A stretch of 27,016 nucleotides of DNA from a virus (Duplodnaviria; Caudoviricetes), in IMG/VR virus record IMGVR_UViG_3300020045_005658, positions 1 to 27,016 of that record. One strand, written 5' to 3'. The position numbers and the translations under genes are program-made. The notes beneath the pieces are model-generated. The model did no database searches. It had not been told where the DNA came from and saw only the letters and a list, made by a program, of their open reading frames with translations. This document shows positions 16,683 through 23,962 of this stretch, one piece after another; the stretch's first letter is position 1; each line of letters opens with the position of its first letter.

Positions 16683-17044
16683 ATGATTGAAATGATTAGT
16701 CCAGTTTCTAGAACAACACCCGGTATTTTTTGCTTAACACCATGTCAAGAGAAGCAAAACGTGCTGATCTACTTGAACATTTCAAGATTAAGACTGCTGA
16801 TGGTGAAAATACCTTTGTTGAAGTTGAAATGAAAATCAATGGTGTTGAAGTTGATTTTTCAAAGTCTGTTACTGAAATATGGGAACGGATGCAATCAAGC
16901 TATGATGAAGACTTGCTTGAAAAAGCCAAAGAATTGGTTGGCGTTATGCGATTGGAGCGATTGCAAGATATTATTCAGGGAGTTGAAGATAAACTGGAAA
17001 GAGAAGTTAATGAATTGTTTAGTAAGACTTTTGGTGTGGTATAA
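16683..17044 (+). CDS. Hypothetical protein split by an apparent -1 frameshift at the T6 run 16726-16731
   Basis: ATG 16683 has promoter and strong RBS but is out of frame with the 16730-17044 ORF; one extra T gives a 120-aa product. Confidence 0.6.
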
Positions 17045-17066
17045 TTAATGTGATAAATAGTATAAT

Positions 17067-17141
17067 CTCGGTAAGGTGTTGACGGCGACACATGTGCTTT
17101 GGGAGCATAAGAGCTTAGTTCGATTCTAAGTACCGTGACCA
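17067..17141 (+). tRNA. tRNA-Pro(UGG)
   Basis: CTCGGTA/TACCGTG (T-T mismatch), TGTGC-TTTGGGA-GCATA, CTTAG-TTCGATT-CTAAG, ACCA; A at position 8. Confidence 0.88.
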
Positions 17142-17350
17142 GTTTCGTTTCTTAATTGAAACACAATGAGAGTGCCTGAAGGCCCGTGGTTAAATCTAAT
17201 ACCACTGAGGAATGTTATTCCAAGAATCAGAAAATAACGTGTTTATAAATTCGGCGTCTAATAAACGCAAAGCCTTGATGGTTAGATACTGTAGATCAGT
17301 ATTTGACAAAATAAGATAGGCGAGTCAGTAATAGTTTTAGGCTGACACCA
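17142..17350 (+). ncRNA. Candidate ~200-nt multi-branched RNA ending in a minihelix plus ACCA
   Basis: Nested stems GCCT/AGGC, AAGGC/GCCTT, GTGGT/ACCAC, ATGTTATT/AATAACGT, AGATACTG/CAGTATTT and GTCAGT/GCTGAC-ACCA between two tRNAs. Confidence 0.55.
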
Positions 17351-17351
17351 T

Positions 17352-17426
17352 AAGTCTCTGGTGTAATTGGCAACACCCTAACCTCCAAAGTTAGAGTTCA
17401 CCGTTCGAGTCGGTGGGGACTTGCCA
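17352..17426 (+). tRNA. tRNA-Trp(CCA)
   Basis: AAGTCTC/GGGACTT, CTAAC-CTCCAAA-GTTAG, CACCG-TTCGAGT-CGGTG, GCCA end. Confidence 0.94.
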
Positions 17427-17436
17427 AAATAACAAC

Positions 17437-17474
17437 GACTTGCATTTAAGATATAAACTATGCAAGTCTTTTTT
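17437..17474 (+). terminator. Possible intrinsic terminator
   Basis: GACTTGCAT/ATGCAAGTC 9-bp stem followed by T6; the 14-nt loop is long for a terminator. Confidence 0.45.
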
Positions 17475-17477
17475 AAC

Positions 17478-17551
17478 GCTCTTGTAGTATAATGGTATTA
17501 CAGGTGATTTGTATTCATCATATTGGGGTTCGATTCCTCACAGGAGCACCA
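17478..17551 (+). tRNA. tRNA-Thr(UGU)
   Basis: GCTCTTG/CAGGAGC, GGTGA-TTTGTAT-TCATC, TGGGG-TTCGATT-CCTCA, ACCA end. Confidence 0.93.
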
Positions 17552-17559
17552 TTTAATAA

Positions 17560-18408
17560 TTAATGAATATTTAGTAGATTTTTAACTAATTCTATTTTTG
17601 ATTTGCTTATAAATTCTTTATGTGAAATTCTGAGTGTTGTTATTGTATGATATTTTTTAATTAGTTCATCTCGTAAATTATCATACTCTTTACTTTGTTC
17701 GTGTTGTTTACCGTCAAGTTCAATTAGTAGATTATATGTTGGAAAGAAGAAGTCACCATAATAGATTTTATTGTTACATCTAAATGTTTTATTTTTAATA
17801 TATTCAGTAAAATTATTTGATATAAGCCAATTTTCAAATGATAATTCAAGATATGATGGAGAACTTTTACATCTATTTTCTTGTGGATTCCATCCTAAAT
17901 CAATTCTTTGATTTACTTTAATTGATAATAATTTTTTATAGCATAATTTAGAGCATGTTTTTCTTGTTCCCTGAAAACAAACACTACATACTTCACAATA
18001 AGAAATTTTTGAATATATTTGTGATACTGGTTGTCTTTTCTTTTCTGTTTTAGATAGACTTTCTTTTAATTTTATAGCCTGCTGTTCTCTACTTTCTCTA
18101 CTTCTTATGCTATTATTGTACGTTGCTGCACACGACTGTGAACAAAATTTATTATTTCTACATTTGAATGTATAAAAATTATCACAGTAATCACATTTTC
18201 TAGGTGACATATTATATTCTGTTTCTTGTGTTAAATTGAATTCTTTAGATTTTGCATTTAACCTTCTGAATGTTATAGAACCACCCATTTTTACCCGTGC
18301 TTGCCCTATATCTGTATGTTTGTTTATATAATGTGTATGTATTCCCTTTGCAGAATATTCTTTTCTACCTATAATACATGAACAGAGAGGCGATTTATAA
18401 TTTGTCAT
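17560..18408 (-). CDS. Putative free-standing homing endonuclease: Zn-fingers plus DUF559/Vsr-like nuclease
   Basis: YYGDFFF...LLIELDGKQH...DNLRD motif; CxxC...FCSxSC repeats; AGGA RBS; opposite strand to the host genes. Confidence 0.8.
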   Translation of the reverse strand: MTNYKSPLCSCIIGRKEYSAKGIHTHYINKHTDIGQARVKMGGSITFRRLNAKSKEFNLTQETEYNMSPRKCDYCDNFYTFKCRNNKFCSQSCAATYNNSIRSRESREQQAIKLKESLSKTEKKRQPVSQIYSKISYCEVCSVCFQGTRKTCSKLCYKKLLSIKVNQRIDLGWNPQENRCKSSPSYLELSFENWLISNNFTEYIKNKTFRCNNKIYYGDFFFPTYNLLIELDGKQHEQSKEYDNLRDELIKKYHTITTLRISHKEFISKSKIELVKNLLNIH

Positions 18409-18418
18409 AGCTAATTCC

Positions 18419-18506
18419 TATAAATAGTTGAAATGCAGGGACAACGATCTAATTCGTCGCTGAACTTTTGCCGAATACAAAAGTTCTTACCTGTATTCTA
18501 TTTAAT
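18419..18506. promoter_or_regulatory. Three-way-junction element upstream of nuclease B, bounded by TAAATA on both strands
   Basis: P1 18432-18439/18490-18497, P3 18441-18447/18454-18460, P2 18462-18470/18478-18486. Confidence 0.65.
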
Positions 18507-18521
18507 GCTTAAAATATATCG

Positions 18522-18549
18522 CGGAGTTCGATTCTCCATACCCGCTCCA
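18522..18549 (+). pseudogene. 3' remnant of a tRNA-Gly-like gene
   Basis: GGAG-TTCGATT-CTCC T arm, then TACCCGC-T-CCA (U73 discriminator, Gly-type acceptor); 5' part absent. Confidence 0.7.
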
Positions 18550-18614
18550 TAATTTCTAGCCACATTAAAGCAATCAGGCCCGTTTGTTGCTAGAATTATT
18601 AAAGAAAGATGACT

Positions 18615-18779
18615 ATGAAAGAAATGAAACTTGTCGCTACTATTGGTGATCTTACTGTCCATACAAATAAATATCACGTTTTCGTAAAGGTTGATGGTAA
18701 TACAGTAATTTGTATGCCTCGAAAATCCAAAAATGGTTTAGCAGAATTAATTTCTGCTCTGGCATCAACTTTAAAGTGA
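18615..18779 (+). CDS. Small hypothetical protein, 54 aa (MKEMKLVATIGDL...), not in ORF track
   Basis: Open frame with purine-rich upstream sequence; alternative ATG at 18609. Confidence 0.55.
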   Translation: MKEMKLVATIGDLTVHTNKYHVFVKVDGNTVICMPRKSKNGLAELISALASTLK

Positions 18780-18793
18780 TATAATCAAATAAT

Positions 18794-18902
18794 TTGTGTA
18801 GTCAAGATAGTAACTTGGTAAACGGTGTTCCGGGTGTTGTATGCCAATGCCGTTAAAGATCGAAGCGGAACTTAATTATCTTTTGTGTCGCCTGCTATGC
18901 AA
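18794..18902 (+). ncRNA. G-U-rich multi-stem module
   Basis: TTGTGTAGT/GCTATGCAA, AAGATAGT/ATTATCTT and AACGGTGTT/AATGCCGTT stems; promoter at 18777-18785. Confidence 0.5.
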
Positions 18903-18907
18903 TAAAT

Positions 18908-19183
18908 TCTTCTGGATAGTAAGATTAAATTCAGATTTTTATTAATGAACCAAAGAAAGTGATATAATCAAGCTACGGGAATACGTGGAATATCAAGTAG
19001 GCATCGGCGTTGATGGAAACGCAGATGAGTGCACGCATTAACATAATTTCGTCTAGAGATTAGGACTCATCGAATTAGATGTAACATAAGGTTCAAATCC
19101 TTATAATTATGTAACTGGAATCAAGCCCAGTATGTCTACTTGATATGCAAATCTTCTGAGTGGTAAGATTAAACTCAGATTTT
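18908..19183 (+). repeat. Two copies of a ~32-nt hairpin element (18908-18940 and 19152-19183)
   Basis: TCTTCTG(GA/AG)T(A/G)GTAAGATTAAA(T/C)TCAGATTTT, each followed by TTAA...GAAAGTGAT. Confidence 0.8.
18990..19146 (+). ncRNA. tRNA-like module closed by a 15-bp inverted repeat, with a 34-nt anticodon-position loop and two T-like arms
   Basis: 18990-19004/19132-19146; GCGTT-GATGGA-AACGC; GATGAGT/ACTCATC; ATAAGG-TTCAAAT-CCTTAT; ACTGG-AATCAAGC-CCAGT. Confidence 0.65.
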
Positions 19184-19207
19184 ATTATTAACTTGAAAGT
19201 GATCTAT

Positions 19208-19498
19208 ATGTCTATTATCGATACTGAACAATTTGTTATTCCCAATGATCCAACTACGATTAAACAGATTAAAGATGCATGTTTTGAAATTTCTGCATCA
19301 ATGACTCGAATTGAGGGTGAGAAATCATTTATCAAGGAAGCTATTGAAGAATTGTCTAAAGCGACAGATATCCCGAAAAAACATTTAAATAAAATTTCGC
19401 GATATTTTCATAAGAGTAACAAAGATGAAGTTGTAGCAGAACAGGAAGCTTCAAATGAACTATATGATCGTATTTTTGCTGATCAAGAATCTATCTAA
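19208..19498 (+). CDS. dsbA: T4 DsbA-like double-stranded DNA-binding protein
   Basis: EISASMTRIEGEKSFIKEAI...IPKKHLNKI...FHK...E..ELYD pattern, 96 aa from ATG 19208. Confidence 0.75.
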   Translation: MSIIDTEQFVIPNDPTTIKQIKDACFEISASMTRIEGEKSFIKEAIEELSKATDIPKKHLNKISRYFHKSNKDEVVAEQEASNELYDRIFADQESI

Positions 19499-19567
19499 AA
19501 TTTAGTTAGTACCTAAACCTTCTTGCATTATAATAATGCAAGAAGGTTTTATCATTTGGAGAAAAAT

Positions 19568-22099
19568 TTGAGTAAAAAAGAATACTATTCTAGTGTCACT
19601 AGTCGTTTTGGAAAAATTTTATATAGAGGTTACTCTATTGATGAAAATGGTATTAAGCGTAGAGTCCATGCTAGACTAAATTATTCACCTACACTTTATC
19701 TAGAATCTCAGGAAGAAACACAGTTTAAATCTCTCTATGGTAAAACACTCCAAGAGAAAAAGTTTAATTCTATTCCTGAAGCTCGGGAGTATATCAAATC
19801 TTATAAAGATGTAATGAATATATATGGATATTCTGCAAGTAGGATTGAGTATGAATTTATTGCAAGAGCATTTCCAAACACAATGCAGATTCTTTTAGAA
19901 GATCTAAAAGTTATTGGTTTTGATATCGAGACAGAAGTAGGTGTATCAGGACCACCTGGAGTTCCAGATCCATATTTGGCATTAGAAAAAATTACTCATA
20001 TTGCTTTTCAAGATCATAAAACAGAAAAGGTTGTATCATACACAACTGCAAATATTTCTATTGCAGATGATTCTAATACAACATATAAAATATTTAAAAC
20101 TGAAGAGCAATTATTAGAAGCAATTATTAGATACATTGAAACAGAAGACCCAGATATCATGTATGGTTTCTATTCTGATTTTTTTGATGTCCCGTATATT
20201 ATTAATCGGATACGAAATGTATTAGGTGTGGAAGCTGCAAATCGACTATCACCTTTTGGTTATATTGACGAACGTGATTATGAAGTAAATAATCAGTCAT
20301 ATAAAGAATATACAATTGTTGGACGTACATTATTAGATACACAAGCAATGTATAAAAAATTCGTTCTGACTAAAAGAGAGGCTTACTCTCTAGATAATCT
20401 AGCTAAAATTGAACTTGGTGTTGGTAAACTTGAAAATCCATGTTCAACTTTCAAAGAATTTTCAGAATCTCCTGAACACATTAATAAATTTGCTCTTTAT
20501 AATGTGATCGATACTAAGAGATTAACAGAACTTGATAAAAAATGTGGTTTATTAGATCTCGCAGTATCTGTCACATATTTGACAAAATCGAACTTTCCCG
20601 ATGTATTTTCTCCTGTTAGATATTGGGAGTGTTACATTATGTCTATTCTATTAAATGAAAATACATTTGTCTCTGTAAATAAACAGAGTAATGGCAGTAA
20701 AGAAATTCCTGGTGCATATGTTGAAGACCCGATACCTGGGTTTTATGATTGGGTTGTAAGTATTGATGCGACCGCTCTTTATCCAAGTATCATGAAATGT
20801 CTAAATATATCACCTGAGACATTAGTTGAAGTTATTCCTAATGTTGATGTTCAGGGATTTCTCGATGGAAAAAGTCATGCCGATTATGGGTGTGATTCTG
20901 AACACACTATAGCAGCTAATGGTGCTATTTTTCATAAAAAATTTATTGGTATTGTCCCTAGATTAGTAGATAATGTACTAATTGGTCGCCGCATTGCTAA
21001 AAATGAGATGTTAAGATTGAAACAGTTATATGTCGATACTAAAGATCCACAAAATAAAAAATTAGCAGAACTTCAGAATATTCTTCAAGGCGCTTTAAAG
21101 GTAATGGCCAACAGTTTTTATGGCGTATTTCTGCAAAAGGGATTTATGTTCTACGATCCAAGAATCGGAGAAGCTATCACATTAACAGGGCAGTATATTA
21201 TCATGAAAGTTGGTGATCATTGCAATACTAGATTTAATGATTTCTTTAAAACATCAAATTTTAAATATACAATCTATAGAGATACAGATTCATGTTTCTT
21301 CACCTTTGGTAACATTGTTAAAAAATATTGGCCGAATTCAACTGATTTACAGATTACAGATGCTCTTGATAAATTAGTTGAAACTAAACTTCGTACATTT
21401 ATTGATGAAGCTACAGATTCAATAGCAACAGCTCAGAATCATTATGTCAAGACTATTTTCTTTAAGCGGGAAAACATTTGCTCGGGTGGTTTCTGGATGG
21501 CTAAGAAAAAATATGCATTAAAAGTATATGATTCTGAGGGTGTCCGATATCCTGATGGTGATTATAAAATCATGGGTATTGAGGTTGTGCGATCATCAAC
21601 ACCAGCGATAGCTAGAGCCGCACTGAAGGATTGTGTCATCCATGTTATTGATAAAAATATTGATCAAGTTCGATTAGATGTTGTACTTGCACATAAACAA
21701 TTTTTAAGTGTTCCTATCGAGGAAATTGCTTTTCCTCGAGGCGCTAATAATTTGTCTGCATATTCATCAACAGAGACTATCTATACAAAAGGAACACCTA
21801 TTGCTGTACGAGGTTCGTTATTGCACAACCATTTTGTTAAAAAACTTAATATTGGTGATAAATATCAACCCATTATGGAAGGTGATAAGATTAGGTTCAT
21901 TTATCTTAAAGAACCTAATCACTTTAAAGAAAATATTATTGCATTTTCAGAAATTTTGCCCCCAGAATTTGATCTACATAAGTATGTAGATAGAGAACTT
22001 CAGTTTCAGAAAGTATTCCTTGCCCCACTAGAAGGTATTATGAAAGCCGTTGGTTGGGAATTAGTACCAAAGAATACACTTGATGATTTTTTCTCTTAG
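19568..22099 (+). CDS. 43: Family B DNA polymerase (T4 gp43)
   Basis: DIET ExoI, YSLD, YNVID, DATALYPSI, KVMANSFYG, YRDTDS and KKKYAL motifs; likely TTG start at 19568 after GGAGA. Confidence 0.97.
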   Translation: MSKKEYYSSVTSRFGKILYRGYSIDENGIKRRVHARLNYSPTLYLESQEETQFKSLYGKTLQEKKFNSIPEAREYIKSYKDVMNIYGYSASRIEYEFIARAFPNTMQILLEDLKVIGFDIETEVGVSGPPGVPDPYLALEKITHIAFQDHKTEKVVSYTTANISIADDSNTTYKIFKTEEQLLEAIIRYIETEDPDIMYGFYSDFFDVPYIINRIRNVLGVEAANRLSPFGYIDERDYEVNNQSYKEYTIVGRTLLDTQAMYKKFVLTKREAYSLDNLAKIELGVGKLENPCSTFKEFSESPEHINKFALYNVIDTKRLTELDKKCGLLDLAVSVTYLTKSNFPDVFSPVRYWECYIMSILLNENTFVSVNKQSNGSKEIPGAYVEDPIPGFYDWVVSIDATALYPSIMKCLNISPETLVEVIPNVDVQGFLDGKSHADYGCDSEHTIAANGAIFHKKFIGIVPRLVDNVLIGRRIAKNEMLRLKQLYVDTKDPQNKKLAELQNILQGALKVMANSFYGVFLQKGFMFYDPRIGEAITLTGQYIIMKVGDHCNTRFNDFFKTSNFKYTIYRDTDSCFFTFGNIVKKYWPNSTDLQITDALDKLVETKLRTFIDEATDSIATAQNHYVKTIFFKRENICSGGFWMAKKKYALKVYDSEGVRYPDGDYKIMGIEVVRSSTPAIARAALKDCVIHVIDKNIDQVRLDVVLAHKQFLSVPIEEIAFPRGANNLSAYSSTETIYTKGTPIAVRGSLLHNHFVKKLNIGDKYQPIMEGDKIRFIYLKEPNHFKENIIAFSEILPPEFDLHKYVDRELQFQKVFLAPLEGIMKAVGWELVPKNTLDDFFS

Positions 22100-22108
22100 A
22101 AGGATATT

Positions 22109-22683
22109 ATGCGAACATTTACAGAATATAGACAATCCAAACTGTTAGAACAATTTCTAACTGAGATGCCAGAAATGGATTATAGATTAGATAAAGCTAA
22201 AGCTAACCAATTCAAACTGATTACGATAAACGAATATTAAAGTATGACTCTGCTACATTAATTCCTACAGATAAAGGAAATATACATGAAGCAGATTTTA
22301 GTTCTACCGGTAGACCAGTAAAATTATATTTTCATAAGCATCATAATGGTACTATAGGTGCAGTTTCTCATATCATCAATCACCAACAACAATTTGTACA
22401 TAAGGGTAATGATAATATTGACATTGTTCATTCTATGATGAAACATTACATACACAATCATAACCCATTGTCACAAGATTCTACTAATACTCCTGGATCT
22501 AAAAAGTTATGGACAGATTTTGTAAAATCTTCTCCAGAAAATATAGAATTTCACCATACACATAATGGAAACAAAATCACTAAATTGAATAAAGACAATA
22601 TCGATAAAGAATCTAAAAATATATGGAAAGATGAAAATGAAGGACAAGATCATAGAATTTTGGCAACATCAACTAAACAATAA
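22109..22683 (+). CDS. His-rich hypothetical protein split by an apparent -1 frameshift near 22205-22209
   Basis: ATG 22109 with AGGA RBS stops at 22240; the -1 frame is open from 22207 to 22683 without its own early start. Confidence 0.55.
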
Positions 22684-23044
22684 TTTTGAAATAACTTTTT
22701 TTAATAATAATTACCAGCTGAGAGTTGATAATTATATAATTAACTCTGCATTTGGTTTATATTCTACTATTTTAATATTAGATACTCCAATTATAGGAGA
22801 AATTTATTCTTTTTATATTAAGGGATTTACTTATAAAAATAAAACCCCATTGGAATATATTAATGATAGAGATGTTTTACCCAAAAGATATCACACTGCA
22901 GCAATTAATCATTTAGACCATTTTATTTTGTCTAAAACAGGAGACATAATTTTAGACAATCATCTATTAAACATAGAGAATGGTGTTATAATTAACTGTT
23001 ATCCAAACGAAGAAATTTCCATTAACCGCAACCAAAGAAAGTAA
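22631..23044 (+). CDS. AT-rich hypothetical protein
   Basis: 137-aa ORF. Confidence 0.6.
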   Translation: MKMKDKIIEFWQHQLNNNFEITFFNNNYQLRVDNYIINSAFGLYSTILILDTPIIGEIYSFYIKGFTYKNKTPLEYINDRDVLPKRYHTAAINHLDHFILSKTGDIILDNHLLNIENGVIINCYPNEEISINRNQRK

Positions 23045-23047
23045 ACT

Positions 23048-23476
23048 ATGAATCCTATTGAAGAAACCACAATTGCTGCTTTACAACAAGCAACTGCCCC
23101 AGAAGTTACTAAAGTTAAAAAGCTCAAACTAAAACCATTTGATATGGTTATGAATGATAACGTTGCAGTCATTCTACAAGAGTATCATATACAGGACGGT
23201 GAAACAGGAGAAATCGAAACCGGATACGGTGCAATGCTTGTTATCTGGGTTTCTACAAAGAAAGAAGAAGATTTCCCAATTGTGATGCATCTTCCTATTG
23301 CGGGTGAATGCTATACTAAAGTTGCGTATGATGCTCTAGTGTTGGCATCTGGTATGTGCGAGTCTGTCGAATCAAATATCACTGTCCTAGATGAAGAAGG
23401 TATTGAGACATTCTCTCTCGATGCAGACGATGTTGTCAGTGATTATCTAGATTGTGCAGAGTGCTCAGGTAGTTAA
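23048..23476 (+). CDS. Acidic hypothetical protein (paralogue of 23591-23962)
   Basis: Shared pattern N.AV.L...Y...L..W...D.PI...C....AY....LA....SV...I.V.DE. Confidence 0.8.
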   Translation: MNPIEETTIAALQQATAPEVTKVKKLKLKPFDMVMNDNVAVILQEYHIQDGETGEIETGYGAMLVIWVSTKKEEDFPIVMHLPIAGECYTKVAYDALVLASGMCESVESNITVLDEEGIETFSLDADDVVSDYLDCAECSGS

Positions 23477-23590
23477 TACCTCTCGGAGTGAATTAGGGTG
23501 ATTCTGGTGACATTGGATGTTGTAGATATAAAGATATACATCCTATACTACCGGAGTCACTAGTGATGTTTTAAATGAAAAGGAAAAATT

Positions 23591-23962
23591 ATGGAAAATG
23601 AAGTAATTAAGAAAGAATTAGAAACTCTTTCACTTGGATTTTTTGATTGGGTAACTCCAAATAATGCAGCAGTTCAATTAAGTCAGTTTATTGATGAGGA
23701 TAATGAGTATTACTCTGTTACTCTGTTACTCTGGTTAAAATCTTCTACTAACACTGGTGATGTTCCCATTACATTGGAAACTCAAGTAGGCAATAGTTGT
23801 ATGTATTGTGCTGCATATGAAGGTATTCAGTTGGCTTTATCTATCGTAGGGTCAGTTTATACTGACATTATCGTTTTTGATGAAGATGCAGATATTATTG
23901 AAGAACTAAATGCACAAGAAGTAATTGATGCATTTAAAGATGAGGAAGGTAAAGATGAGTAA
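23591..23962 (+). CDS. Acidic hypothetical protein (paralogue of 23048-23476)
   Basis: Same shared pattern; AAAGGAAA RBS; overlaps the uvsX start. Confidence 0.8.
   Translation: MENEVIKKELETLSLGFFDWVTPNNAAVQLSQFIDEDNEYYSVTLLLWLKSSTNTGDVPITLETQVGNSCMYCAAYEGIQLALSIVGSVYTDIIVFDEDADIIEELNAQEVIDAFKDEEGKDE

Noticed and set aside
17186-17276. Hammerhead ribozyme suggested by CTGAGGA at 17205-17211
   Set aside because: No stem II flush between CUGAnGA and a GAAA, and no stem III with a UH cleavage site.
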